A stretch of DNA of 64,000 bases from Mytilus edulis (lineage: Eukaryota). Shown piece by piece: positions 1-14,348 of this stretch (positions within the stretch are counted from its first letter, which is position 1; every line of letters begins with the position of its first letter). The translations under genes and the position numbers were made by a program. Under the pieces are notes generated by a model. The model saw only the letters and a list, made by a program, of their open reading frames with translations, was not told the origin of the DNA and made no database searches. The stretch lies in the NCBI RefSeq assembly GCF_963676685.1, contig NC_092344.1:121582001-121646000 (forward strand), read 5' to 3'.

Positions 1-650
1 ATAAATAAATAGGTTCAAATAAAAACCAAAGAAATAAATAAATAGATCAAACTAAAAATACAGAAATAAAAACAAACAAAATAAGTATAATTCAAATGAA
101 TGTAAGACAGCCATATGAACAATGATAATATTCTTACATACAAAAATATAAGCCAAATGTTCGTCATGTTGAAAACCATATTGTCTTACTGTGCACTGGT
201 ATATTACCATAAATCAAGCAGAAGTGTTTGTTCTTAAAATGGCAGAAAATGGTTTGATGGATTGCAATTTTATATAGTTTCTGTATAATTCATTCACAAA
301 TCATTTAACACTCTGGAAGATTACAAGCTTGACAGATTGTATCTAGAAATTCTATATATCTTTTGTTTTATCTGTGTAGCTGGGTTTCTGTGTCATTGAC
401 CCATAACCCAATCTCCATCATAGGAAAATATTATCCAGAAATACTGGATGTACATCATGCAAATGACAGGTCAGCACAACTATCACACCTTCAAACGCCA
501 CGTATGAACCTATCTGTAATAGTCAGCTAAACCCTAACAAATAGACATGTACAAAGATTCTACACAATATTTAATATAATTGGACCATTACTCCTAGTTA
601 CAGAGGGTTTATTTAACAAAAAAATCTTTCCACATTTTGTGTGCTTGATG

Positions 651-1463
651 ATTGAATAATAGAATTCAAGGACAACAGTAAGGTCCAACAGAAACATTGA
701 ATAATAGAATTCAAGGACAACAGTAAGGTCCAACAGAAACATTGAATAATAGAATTCAAGGACAACAGTAAGGTCCAACAGAAACATTGAATAATAGAAT
801 TCAAGGACAACAGTAAGGTCCAACAGAAACATTGAATAATAGAATTCAAGGACAACAGTAAGGTCCAACAGAAACATTGAATAATAGAATTCAAGGACAA
901 CAGTAAGGTCCAACAGAAACATTGAATAATAGAATTCAAGGACAACAGTAAGGTCCAACAGAAACATTGAATAATAGAATTCAAGGACAACAGTAAGGTC
1001 CAACAGAAACATTGAATAATAGAATTCAAGGACAACAGTAAGGTCCAACAGAAACATTGAATAATAGAATTCAAGGACAACAGTAAGGTCCAACAGAAAC
1101 ATTGAATAATAGAATTCAAGGACAACAGTAAGGTCCAACAGAAACATTGAATAATAGAATTCAAGGACAACAGTAAGGTCCAACAGAAACATTGAATAAT
1201 AGAATTCAAGGACAACAGTAAGGTCCAACAGAAACATTGAATAATAGAATTCAAGGACAACAGTAAGGTCCAACAGAAACATTGAATAATAGAATTCAAG
1301 GACAACAGTAAGGTCCAACAGAAACATTGAATAATAGAATTCAAGGACAACAGTAAGGTCCAACAGAAACATTGAATAATAGAATTCAAGGACAACAGTA
1401 AGGTCCAATAGAAACATTGAATAATAGAATTCAAGGACAACAGTAAGGTCCAACAGAAACATT
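651..1463. repeat. 45-bp tandem repeat, about 18 near-identical copies
   Basis: Unit attgaataatagaattcaaggacaacagtaaggtccaacagaaac. It explains the periodic ORFs 560..1462 and 613..1440. It lies downstream of the last visible syntaxin exon, probably in an intron. Confidence 0.97.
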
Positions 1464-2349
1464 AGTCGACGAGGAGTCTATATAAAACATGGATTGTCCA
1501 TCTTGTCTATCATCCCAAATATACACCAATATAATAAAGGGTTAATAGAGGACCAACTGTCCAGGACATTGTAGTTGTAGACAGTTCTAAAATTTTCAGT
1601 ATGCTAGACTAGGTGTCATGCAAAAAGTGTCAGTTCATTTCCAAGAGCAAAGTTTTACAAGAGATCCTTCTCTAAACAGTTTATAAATATGACAAGAAAA
1701 TAGTTGCATATATGTATGAATGAAGGAGTGAAAACCCCTTACCCTTTGGGAACCTTTCTCCCCCTGATCTTGAGTACTATTCTGAATGACTTCAGATATA
1801 TACCCCTGATCTGGATTGCTGCTCTTACCAACTACAGAAATATCTTGTCCTGATGTTTTTTCTGTAGTACAGACACTTGTTCTTTGGTGTCTTTGGTCTG
1901 TACCTTAGGGTACTGCATAAATGACTTAAATTTGATCTCAACTTCATTTTGATTTAAAATAATTAGTGTTAACATAATTTTGTTTCATCTTTTTTATTTT
2001 TTTTTATCTATAACTCCAGAGAGAAGCAATTCATTCTGTGTTGTAGGACAACAGACTTTCATCATCTTACTCATATATGTTGCTTTTGGTTTGGTTTTCC
2101 CTGATAAAAACCCATAATGTAATATTTTCAAAATTATATGATTGAAAAATAACCCTTTTTGAAGCTCTTACATGATAATAAATAAAAAATCCATTAAACA
2201 AATAAAAATTGAACAGGAAACTAGAGCAACCAAAATCTTATGAGCATTTGGATAAAACATAAATGTATTGTCGGAGAAAGTAAAGAAAGAATAATAAATT
2301 GTAATAAGTGGAAACCTGACAAGAAAAGTAAAGCATGTCTATATCATAC

Positions 2350-5300
2350 CTGATATGTTGAAGCACTAGCTAGTTGTTTATTGCCTTCATGGACTTGTAT
2401 TTGTGCTGTCTCTACATTAGCTTCTATACTATCTGTAATATAAACGAGGAAGGATTCCATGTTTCTCCCTTTTATTTGTTGAATACAGTAATGGAATATA
2501 ATTGAGAAACACGTTATCTGTTATATAAACATCTCTTGAAGTCAGCAATAATATAATTTTCATATTTAGGGAGAGACAACCCTATCCATTTTCAATACTT
2601 GCCTTATGCTTGCCTATCACCTTGTTTATAGACCAGTGATCTAAGTTATGATTTAGATCATTCTGTCATATAAAGCATATATATGTAATATATTGAAGTC
2701 TGTACTTTGACCTATTATGGTTTAATTTTACAAATTGTGACTTGGATAGAGAGATGTCTCATTGGGTCTCATACCACATCTTCTCATACTGTGAAAGTAC
2801 TTTTATTCGTGTGGTACCAATCTTCGTGGTTTTCGTGGATGACTTTATCCAAGTGTATTAGTGTCCAATGAAATAAAACAACCATTATCCAAATCAAGAC
2901 ACGGAAAGATCGCCATCTGTAGATTTGACTACTGATATGATGTAGAGAATATATTGGATCACGCCAAATCTGAGAATACTTCAGTAGCAGTTTAATCTAG
3001 GTGACATGTTTATTGCCTAATTAACACCTTTGATTGGTCTTTAATCTGTTGATCACTTTATCATTGGTTAATTAGTGTTATCACTACGATTTACACGGGT
3101 CAATGTTTACTTTGCAATTTCCTTCAATCCAGACTATTTGTAACCTTCGTGTTTATAAAGGCTTTAATTTAGAAAACTAAAACTAAAATCCACAAATTTA
3201 AAAACCCATGAACATGTAAATATTGCTCAATCCACGAAAATTGATACCCAAAAATTAAAGTACTTTCACAGTATGTACTATTTTGTACCAAGACTATGGT
3301 AAATGGACATAACTCTTTTTCTTTATTTATTCTTACTGAATATATAGCTTGGACCATGATATGAAAATTTTTAAAGATTAGATTGAAATAGCATGTAACA
3401 AATGTTCATTGATAAAACATAAATAAGAATCAGGGGAAGTAACTCTATCAATACTCACCTAACATATCACCTTGTTCATGGACCAGCATACCAAGATCTT
3501 TAAAGATGTGGTTGACATCTGTTATATCACGCTGAAAGAGATACAATAAATTGATATATCAGAATTATATCTATGATTGTTGGAAAATCTTTGTTTCAAT
3601 TCCAAACACAATCAAATGCACAGACTTATAGACATAACCTGATTGCACTAGTCTCATTAATCAATAGTATTTAAAAAAAAAGTGTCTTTCCAGACTGACC
3701 CTAATCTATAGGCTTTAGCTGTAATTCCAAAAAACTTTAAATTTCACTATGATCAGAAACAAAAAGCTTTTTCTAATTAGTGTGCTTGGTTTGGCTGATG
3801 AAATCCGACCATAAACAGGATAAACAAATGTCCATGTCAGTTTACCAATTTTAAACATTTTTTAAAAACATCTGATCAAGGAATTTCATGATGAGATCTC
3901 AGAAAAAAAATAAAGATCTGACCAACCGACACTACTTTTTTGGAGGTATGCAACAGGGAATACATATGTTTTTTAAATAGATTTGACTTCCTTGCAGTAA
4001 TCAGTATGATATATTTATTTATGAGAAAGATTTATTTACTAACCTCTAACTGTTTAATTGCATTTTCTCTTTCCTGAATCATTTCTAAATCAACATCTTC
4101 CTCCATTACTAACACTTGTTTTGTTTGCGAAAATCTGAAAATAGTATATACAAAAAAAATACATAACTGAAACAGTAAAACAACCATGGTAATCAGTAAA
4201 TCAGGTTAGAGTTAAAGTAGAGGTTATAATAATAAATCAGCTGACATCACATTTTATTTTTGAGAATTAATTTGCTATTGGAATTTTGAATACAAGATTT
4301 AATTAGCTTTTTAAATGTACTTGTGACTCTGTATGCTCCTGTAAGAGTTCATCTTTGTATCTATACTTGAAACTTTATGAAAATGTGACAATCTTATTTC
4401 AAATTTACAATTGATAATTTATCTTTAAACCCATGTGTTCTGTATTTCATCCAAATATTTATGAACCCAGAGTCAAATACAATTAATAATGTCTTGACTG
4501 ATTGCAAATTATCTTTCTTTATGTGATGAGAAAATTAGTAACATAACAACATTACATGTTTTGGCCTATAGAAAAATAAATTATAATCCTAAAAATTCTA
4601 CAAACATAAAGAGCGACCAACAAAACGATATAAATACATTCTTTAAACTTACCCAGGTGAAGTAAAATCTTCCTGTGGTTCATCTTCAAATGGATACTGA
4701 AATCAAATCAATATTTATTTAGTTAGACATATATTTATATATAGAACAATACAAATTATAAAGAATTGTAAGTAAAAAAACAAAAGTTACAAATGCTCAC
4801 AAATTATCAAAATACATTTATCAGTATTTGTCTTTTCTTAAATTCCATTATCTAAAATATAAACAACATTTTCACAAGTTCATAACTAAAGTTTATATAT
4901 AGCTCTATTGTTCCAGGTAAGAGTAAGAATGGTACCTATTAAAACCTTTAAACCCACTGCATTTGTTTGCATCTGTCATAAGTCAGGAGCCTGATATTCA
5001 GTGGATGTCGTTAATTGATGGGTTAATAAATGTTTCTCATTTCTTGTTTTTTTTATATAGATAAGACCGTTGGTTTTCTGTTTGAAGAGTTTTACACTTG
5101 TCATTTTGGGGGCCATTCATAGCTTGCTGTTTGGTGTAAGCCAAGGCTTCATATTGAAGAATGTTCTTTGACCTATAAAGGTTTACTTTTACAAATTATG
5201 ACTTGGATAGAGAGTTTTCTCATTGGCACTTATACCACATCTTCTCATATCTATATACATAATATTTTGTTATCTAGTTTACTACTTGTACACAATATTT

Positions 5301-8300
5301 TGTTATCTAGTTTACTACTTGTACACAGTGTATGTCAATTTTTCATTTTCAGATTTAACAAAAAGTCTAATAAAATCAGTATACAAATTGTGTTAAATTC
5401 ATATCCCTACCAATTGTGGTAAAATATGCGGTAAAATCAATATAAATTATGATTTAAACAATAAATAGTACCTTTGTTGTTGATGAATGAGCCCTTGCTC
5501 TGGCTACACTTGCTTTCTCCTTTTCTGCAGCAGTCCTTTGTGTCGTCTGGAAGTTGGTTAATGCATTACTAAATTCTTCTGTATATCGGTCTTTCTGCAT
5601 CTTCCATTTTGACTTAATTAAAATAAGTTATTTCAATTTAGTGAACAGATTATAAAGCTGAAAGAACTAAATAATCACCAAACTTTATTTACCTTAGAGT
5701 AAAGTAACCTTTATTTACCTGTACCATGCACTTATGTTGATGCATGAAAATAGTCAAATATAAAATGTAAAACTATTGTTTGTACAAATCACCTGTCCAT
5801 AAATGTTTCTTTATTACTTAGATCCCTTGAAAATAATTAAACATAGTTGATTATCATACATGTTTTATACACATTGCTGATGTACACTGAGAAATGTAAG
5901 CCTTTTCATACTATATACATATCCAAGGGGAAATATTGTATTGATAAAATGTGGTAGGTATTAAATCAATTTTAAAAGCCAAAATATTGTTGATGATTTT
6001 GATTTTTCACCTTATTTACAATTCAAACTTGCCATCTCCTTAAAAACAATTGATTTGCACTGATTTCCAATCTATTGATCTGAAATATTAAAGAAAACCT
6101 TTGAAATAAATTTCATTAAATCAGGAGAGAAGAGAATGAATAAAACAAATTGACTGTCTGAAGTATTTCCACATCCTCCACATGGTTTGGTTGAAGGGAT
6201 CAGTAATTTAAATTTGTAATAACAATACGTAAGAAGTATAACAACTATTTACCTGATCTGAGGGTGATACATGCAATCTTGCAAATGACTTCAGATCTAC
6301 ATTTGTTTCTTTGGCTAGTTGGTTGGTGTAATGAGTCAGCTGATGCCTAAAAAATAATATATCAGTTTTAATATTGATAAAACTCCCATCACTGTATGTG
6401 GTATTTTTATAGACATTGTACTGAGTATGTCAATTTTTTGTGTTTTGTCAAAACTATGATGTTCTGAATTCAGCAATTAAGATAGCCATCTAAAATTTAT
6501 AATTCATTGATGGTTAGCACTAAAAATTGTGGATTATCAAATCCAAAATTTGGCACACTCCATATTATACTTTGGAATTAGCTGCTGATGAGTATTTTCA
6601 ATTTTGTTCTTTTATTTGAAGTATCCTACGACTATAACTACTAAAGTATCCTACGACTATAACTACTAAAGTATCCTACGACTATAACTACTAAAGTATC
6701 CTACGACTATAACTACTAAAGTATCCTACGACTATAACTACTAAAGTATCCTACGACTATAACTACTAAAGTATCCTACGACTATAACTACTAAAGTATC
6801 CTACGACTATAACTACTAAAGTATCCTACGACTATAACTACTAAAGTATCCTACGACTATAACTACTAAAGTATCCTACGACTATAACTACTAAAGTATC
6901 CTACGACTATAACTACTAAAGTATCCTACGACTATAACTACTAAAGTATCCTACGACTATAACTACTAAAGTATCCTACGACTATATATAACTACTGAAG
7001 TATCTTACACTCTATCTCTGGAGTCTTGGGAGTCTTGTGAAGTTCCAATAACACCAACAAGTCTCTGGATCTGTGATACTGTCAAAATAACATTTATATT
7101 AATTATAGGGAGTCTAGAGAGTCTTGTGAAGTTCCAATAACACCAACAAGTCTCTGGATCTGTGATACTGTCAAAATAACATTTATATTAAATATAGGAA
7201 GTCTAGAGAGTCTTGTGAAGTTCCAATAACACCAACAAGCCTCTGGATCTGTGATACTGTCAAAATAACATTTATATTAATTATAGGGAGTCTAGAGAGT
7301 CTTGTGAAGTTCCAATAACACCAACAAGTCTCTGGATCTGTGATACTGTCAAAATAACATTTATATAAAATATAGGAAGTCTAGAGAGTCTTGTGAAGTT
7401 CCAATAACACCAACAAGTCTCTGGATCTGTGATACTGTCAAAATAACATTTATATTAATTATAGGGAGTCTAGAGAGTCTTGTGAAGTTCCAATAACACC
7501 AACAAGTCTCTGGATCTGTGATACTGTCAAAATAACATTTATATTAAATATAGGAAGTCTAGAGAGTCTTGTGAAGTTCCAATAACACCAACAAGTCTCT
7601 GGATCTGTGATACTGTCAAAATAACATTTATATTAATTATAGGGAGTCTAGAGAGTCTTGTGAAGTTCCAATAACACCAACAAGTCTCTGGATCTGTGAT
7701 ACTGTCAAAATAACATTTATATAAAATATAGGAAGTCTAGAGAGTCTTGTGAAGTTCCAATAACACCAACAAGTCTCTGGATCTGTGATACTGTCAAAAT
7801 AACATTTATATTAATTATAGGGAGTCTAGAGAGTCTTGTGAAGTTCCAATAACACCAACAAGTCTCTGGATCTGTGATACTGTCAAAATAACATTTATAT
7901 TAAATATAGGAAGTCTAGAGAGTCTTGTGAAGTTCCAATAACACCAACAAGTCTCTGGATCTGTGATACTGTCAAAATAACATTTATATTAAATATAGGA
8001 AGTCTAGAGAGTCTTGTGAAGTTCCAATAACACCAACAAGTCTCTGGATCTGTGATACTGTCAAAATAACATTTATATTAATTATAGGGAGTCTAGAGAG
8101 TCTTGTGAAGTTCCAATAACACCAACAAGTCTCTGGATCTGTGATACTGTCAAAATAACATTTATATTAAATATAGGAAGTCTAGAGAGTCTTGTGAAGT
8201 TCCAATAACACCAACAAGTCTCTGGATCTGTGATACTGTCAAAATAACATTTATATTAATTATAGGGAGTCTAGAGAGTCTTGTGAAGTTCCAATAACAC

Positions 8301-11300
8301 CAACAAGTCTCTGGATCTGTGATACTGTCAAAATAACATTTATATAAAATATAGGAAGTCTAGAGAGTCTTGTGAAGTTCCAATAACACCAACAAGTCTC
8401 TGGATCTGTGATACTGTCAAAATAACATTTATATTAAATATAGGAAGTCTAGAGAGTCTTGTGAAGTTCCAATAACACCAACAAGTCTCTGGATCTGTGA
8501 TACTGTCAAAATAACATTTATATAAAATATAGGAAGTCTAGAGAGTCTTGTGAAGTTCCAATAACACCAACAAGTCTCTGGATCTGTGATACTGTCAAAA
8601 TAACATTTATATTAAATATAGGAAGTCTAGAGAGTCTTGTGAAGTTCCAATAACACCAACAAGTCTCTGGATCTGTGATACTGTCAAAATAACATTTATA
8701 TAAAATATAGGAAGTCTAGAGAGTCTTGTGAAGTTCCAATAACACCAACAAGTCTCTGGATCTGTGATACTGTCAAAATAACATTTATATAAAATATAGG
8801 AAGTCTAGAGAGTCTTGTGAAGTTCCAATAACACCAACAAGTCTCTGGATCTGTGATACTGTCAAAATAACATTTATATTAATTATAGGGAGTCTAGAGA
8901 GTCTTGTGAAGTTCCAATAACACCAACAAGTCTCTGGATCTGTGATACTGTCAAAATAACATTTATATAAAATATAGGAAGTCTAGAGAGTCTTGTGAAG
9001 TTCCAATAACACCAACAAGTCTCTGGATCTGTGATACTGTCAAAATAACATTTATATTAAATATAGGAAGTCTAGAGAGTCTTGTGAAGTTCCAATAACA
9101 CCAACAAGTCTCTGGATCTGTGATACTGTCAAAATAACATTTATATAAAATATAGGAAGTCTAGAGAGTCTTGTGAAGTTCCAATAACACCAACAAGTCT
9201 CTGGATCTGTGATACTGTCAAAATAACATTTATATAAAATATAGGAAGTCTAGAGAGTCTTGTGAAGTTCCAATAACACCAACAAGTCTCTGGATCTGTG
9301 ATACTGTCAAAATAACATTTATATTAAATATAGGAAGTCTAGAGAGTCTTGTGAAGTTCCAATAACACCAACAAGTCTCTGGATCTGTGATACTGTCAAA
9401 ATAACATTTATATTAAATATAGGAAGTCTAGAGAGTCTTGTGAAGTTCCAATAACACCAACAAGTCTCTGGATCTGTGATACTGTCAAAATAACATTTAT
9501 ATTAATTATAGGGAGTCTAGAGAGTCTTGTGAAGTTCCAATAACACCAACAAGCCTCTGGATCTGTGATACTGTCAAAATAACATTTATATTAAATATAG
9601 GAAGTCTTGAGAGTCTTGTGAAGTTCCAATAACACCAACAAGTCTCTGGATCTGTGATACTGTCAAAATAACATTTATATTAATTATAGGGAGTCTAGAG
9701 AGTCTTGTGAAGTTCCAATAACACCAACAAGCCTCTGGATCTGTGATACTGTCAAAATAACATTTATATTAAATATAGGAAGTCTAGAGAGTCTTGTGAA
9801 GTTCCAATAACACCAACAAGTCTCTGGATCTGTGATACTGTCAAAATAACATTTATATTAAATATAGGAAGTCTAGAGAGTCTTGTGAAGTTCCAATAAC
9901 ACCAACAAGTCTCTGGATCTGTGATACTGTCAAAATAACATTTATATTAAATATAGGAAGTCTAGAGAGTCTTGTGAAGTTCCAATAACACCAACAAGTC
10001 TCTGGATCTGTGATACTGTCAAAATAACATTTATATTAAATATAGGAAGTCTAGAGAGTCTTGTGAAGTTCCAATAACACCAACAAGTCTCTGGATCTGT
10101 GATACTGTCAAAATAACATTTATATTAATTATAGGGAGTCTAGAGAGTCTTGTGAAGTTCCAATAACACCAACAAGCCTCTGGATCTGTGATACTGTCAA
10201 AATAACATTTATATTAAATATAGGAAGTCTTGAGAGTCTTGTGAAGTTCCAATAACACCAACAAGTCTCTGGATCTGTGATACTGTCAAAATAACATTTA
10301 TATTAAATATAGGAAGTCTAGAGAGTCTTGTGAAGTTCCAATAACACCAACAAGTCTCTGGATCTGTGATACTGTCAAAATAACATTTATATTAATTATA
10401 GGGAGTCTAGAGAGTCTTGTGAAGTTCCAATAACACCAACAAGCCTCTGGATCTGTGATACTGTCAAAATAACATTTATATTAAATATAGGAAGTCTAGA
10501 GAGTCTTGTGAAGTTCCAATAACACCAACAAGTCTCTGGATCTGTGATACTGTCAAAATAACATTTATATTAAATATAGGAAGTCTAGAGAGTCTTGTGA
10601 AGTTCCAATAACACCAACAAGTCTCTGGATCTGTGATACTGTCAAAATAACATTTATATTAAATATAGGAAGTCTAGAGAGTCTTGTGAAGTTCCAATAA
10701 CACCAACAAGTCTCTGGATCTGTGATACTGTCAAAATAACATTTATATTAATTATAGGGAGTCTAGAGAGTCTTGTGAAGTTCCAATAACACCAACAAGC
10801 CTCTGGATCTGTGATACTGTCAAAATAACATTTATATTAAATATAGGAAGTCTTGAGAGTCTTGTGAAGTTCCAATAACACCAACAAGTCTCTGGATCTG
10901 TGATACTGTCAAAATAACATTTATATTAATTATAGGGAGTCTAGAGAGTCTTGTGAAGTTCCAATAACACCAACAAGCCTCTGGATCTGTGATACTGTCA
11001 AAATAACATTTATATTAAATATAGGAAGTCTAGAGAGTCTTGTGAAGTTCCAATAACACCAACAAGTCTCTGGATCTGTGATACTGTCAAAATAACATTT
11101 ATATTAAATATAGGAAGTCTAGAGAGTCTTGTGAAGTTCCAATAACACCAACAAGTCTCTGGATCTGTGATACTGTCAAAATAACATTTATATTAATTAT
11201 AGGGAGTCTAGAGAGTCTTGTGAAGTTCCAATAACACCAACAAGCCTCTGGATCTGTGATACTGTCAAAATAACATTTATATTAAATATAGGAAGTCTTG

Positions 11301-13536
11301 AGAGTCTTGTGAAGTTCCAATAACACCAACAAGTCTCTGGATCTGTGATACTGTCAAAATAACATTTATATTAATTATAGGGAGTCTAGAGAGTCTTGTG
11401 AAGTTCCAATAACACCAACAAGCCTCTGGATCTGTGATACTGTCAAAATAACATTTATATTAAATATAGGAAGTCTAGAGAGTCTTGTGAAGTTCCAATA
11501 ACACCAACAAGTCTCTGGATCTGTGATACTGTCAAAATAACATTTATATTAATTATAGGGAGTCTCAACTCAACATGTTGAAACCAAGAACTTTGCCTTA
11601 GATTCAGCAGGGTTTTTAATGAGCTTTCCTATTTTCTTTTGACCCAGTTATTGACATCAATATATAGCTTATCTCAATCTTTAAGGTCAGTTTTCTTAGA
11701 ATAGAATATCTGTGACCAAAATTTAGAGACCAACTTGACATCCTTAAGTCATGCCTTACAAAAGGTTTAGGTTTGGCATGCCATAAAACCAGGTTCAACC
11801 CACCATTTTTTTCTTAAAATGCCCTGTTCCAAGTCAGGAAATGGCCATTGTTATATTATAGTTCGTTTCTGTGTGTGTTTCATTTTAATGTTGTGTTTCT
11901 GTTGTGTCGTAGTTCTCCTCTTATATTTGATATGTTTCCCTCAGTTTTGGTTTTTCTTTATTGATTTATGAATTTCGAACAGCGGTATACTACTGTTGCC
12001 TTTATTTATACACTTATGTGAGATCAATTTCTAGGACCATTTGTTAATTTATCCCTGAAGAATCAGGTTGATATATGGATGAAAATAATATAATCTGTAT
12101 AGACTTAAGAAAATTTATACAAACAAATTACCAGTATAAATTAACTTATTGTAGCCTTTTTACATGTTTTATCTGTTTATCCTTTTAATTGGTGATTTGA
12201 TGGGTGAATGATTCATGGCTCATCCTACAGATTCTACTGGATATCTATTTGTTTGCTGTATAATATATATGTATACTTGTAATAGTACTAGACAATCTGC
12301 TGATGTTTACTCACCATTCTGTGTTATTTTCTGTATATTACTTCCAACAGTATTTGACAATCGGTTAAATTCACTTCCTCCTTCAGGACCTGTAAAATCA
12401 TAATGTTTTTAGGAATGAATTTTTACTAAACACCTTGAAAATTTACATGTGGAATGAAAAAGGTGTTTGTATTCATAACAAAGAATCACAACACACTTAC
12501 AAAAACAGTACTTTTATATTTACTTGCTGTTATTTATGTAAATGTCAACTGTAACATCATAATATACATGATATAACACAAGAGACGAACACAGTAAATG
12601 ACATGTACACAAGAGACGAACACAGTAAATGACATATACACATTTTCATTTTCACATTTACAAATTGAATATATTAAAGGTCAATACTAACATGACTAAG
12701 TACCATCCCTAATTCAATTCCCTACTCTGTTTCATTACTGTGAATTACCCATTTGTAATCAGAACATGTTGATTATAAAAGTGTAAGAACAATTATTTTT
12801 TCTTTAATGACCACACAATGCTGGCATATCCAATCAATATATACATGCACAACATGTATGAGAAAATGATATTGAATTCTGTCATGTATGCCCCTATATT
12901 TTTATAGTTATTTCTATGAATATAGTCCTTAATGCGAACAGTGTTTTACATTTGGTTCATATACCTTTCAATTTTATTTCCTCATATTTTCTTCTTTTTT
13001 ATATTTTATACTGCAGAGTTTGTTACTCATGCTGTGTGGAGTCAGTAGAATGTGTTCCCATGCCTGTAATATATGCTCTTATATTTTTACAGTTATGCGG
13101 TATGGGCTTTGCTCATTGTTGAAGGCCCTACGGTGACCTATAGTTGTTAATTTCTGTGTCATTTTGGTCTCATGTGGATGAGTTGTCTCATTGGCAATCA
13201 TATCACATCTTCTTTTTTATATTGTATGAAAATTTATCAAGAATTAGTATTCACAATGTACCATAAAATGCTTTATTTTCCTTAATATTTTACAAGCATG
13301 AGAGACTTTACATTACATATGTTCAATCAATTCAACTAACCAGACTTCTGGCTTCATTCCCAGATTTGTTTACCTTAAAATATAAACACATTTTTATTCT
13401 TTAAAACAAGGACGTACATGTATATACGTCCTTGTTTAAAATAAGTACTGTAATCATAGTATACATTTGTACCTCTACTTGAACCGGCTTGATATGAAGA
13501 AAATCCATCAAATTCTCCTCTACCATATGCAGCCAT
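2350..13536 (-). CDS. STX7: Syntaxin-7/12 family endosomal Qa-SNARE (3'-partial; TM exon not found in window)
   Basis: Exons (minus, all GT-AG, phases consistent): 13536-13473, 12389-12315, 7078-7009, 6346-6253, 5612-5472, 4696-4653, 4134-4044, 3531-3459, 2432-2350, giving 245 codons. Translation: MAAYGRGEFDGFSSYQAGSSRGPEGGSEFNRLSNTVGSNIQKITQNVSQIQRLVGVIGTSQDSQDSRDRVHQLTHYTNQLAKETNVDLKSFARLHVSPSDQSKWKMQKDRYTEEFSNALTNFQTTQRTAAEKEKASVARARAHSSTTKYPFEDEPQEDFTSPGFSQTKQVLVMEEDVDLEMIQERENAIKQLERDITDVNHIFKDLGMLVHEQGDMLDSIEANVETAQIQVHEGNKQLASASTYQ. The Habc region and the SNARE motif IFKDLGMLVHEQGD..DSIEANVE are typical of STX7/STX12; STX7 versus STX12 is not resolvable by eye. Confidence 0.93.
2789..3271. 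mobile_element. MITE, Tc1/mariner-like (TA target duplication)
   Basis: Inverted ends ctgtgaaagtactt...aagtactttcacag, flanked by TA on both sides. Confidence 0.7.
6619..7008. repeat. 25-bp tandem repeat, about 15 copies, abutting and resembling the donor of syntaxin coding exon 3
   Basis: Unit aagtatcctacgactataactacta. On the minus strand it reads gtaggatactttagtagttatagtc, versus the real donor gtaagatacttcagtagttata. Confidence 0.95.
7031..11565. repeat. 89-bp satellite, about 51 copies, made of the splice acceptor and first ~48 nt of syntaxin coding exon 3
   Basis: Minus-strand unit ctctagactccctataattaatataaatgttattttgacag|TATCACAGATCCAGAGACTTGTTGGTGTTATTGGAACTTCACAAGACT, with a few alternating variants. 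Confidence 0.97.
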
Positions 13537-14193
13537 CTTAAAGTTGAATTATTTTGATCTTGAACTAAATTAAAATAAAAAAAGGCAAATAAATCACTAA
13601 GGCTTCTAGATTCAGATAAAATTAAATGCAGAAGTATTTAAAAAATTGTATTAATCAGGTTCATTCAGGGGTGAACTCATGCTGCAGGTGCTCTTGACAA
13701 GTTAACAGATTCTGCTCCATTTGTGATACATGTATTTGTCATGTCTGTCAGGGCTCTCTCTTATGTCAAAATTCAACCTCAGGGTTTAGCAAAGAAGCAG
13801 CAATTTTGAATACCAATTTTCTAATCTTTAATGTGACGTCATCCTGGTCGAACCCATGACCTCCCAGACTGGAGGTAAGGCCAATACCTTTTCGCTTGTT
13901 ATTGGGACTTCTTAGTTTGATGATAGAAAATGTTTGATGCAGATATAAATATATTTTTGGTATTTAGCTCATTTTTGTCTCCAAATGACCTGGATCTGCT
14001 CCTAATTACCTTCTGACGTCACACAACAAATAATAATTTTTAAATTATGTGTCAATGTTAAAATGTGGTGTCAAAGTTTATGAATACCTGTGTGATTTTA
14101 CGTAATGGCCCACAAATTTTCATACAAATGTTAATACGTCTATTGTTTTCAAACATTGTAGTTTATTATGTAAAATCAGCTTACAATATTATA

Positions 14194-14348
14194 CACCTTA
14201 TCGCTAATCCCGGCTGACCCGGTCGCTTGAAATTTTGAGGCATACAACAATCACTTTTTCATTGTGGCGTTAGATATTTTGTTTTACGTCAAAATTTTTC
14301 GGGAACCTGTGTGATATCCAGTAATGGCGGACAAATAGCGATAAGGTA
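14194..14348. mobile_element. Small (~155 bp) MITE, TA-flanked; second copy inverted at 58010-58167
   Basis: TIR caccttatcgcta...tagcgataaggt(a/g). The internal sequence matches the reverse complement of 58010-58167. Confidence 0.8.

Noticed and set aside
560-1462. 300-aa and 275-aa periodic ORFs
   Set aside because: By-products of a 45-bp (multiple of 3) repeat; near-identical DNA units and no gene context.
7031-11565. CRISPR-like array, or array of mutually exclusive alternative exons
   Set aside because: No unique spacers and a eukaryotic context; the copies lack donors and hit stops, so they are not complete exons.
13341-13373. Extra 33-nt syntaxin coding exon
   Set aside because: AG/GT flanks exist, but the required phase gives an in-frame TGA, and the neighbouring exons join cleanly without it.
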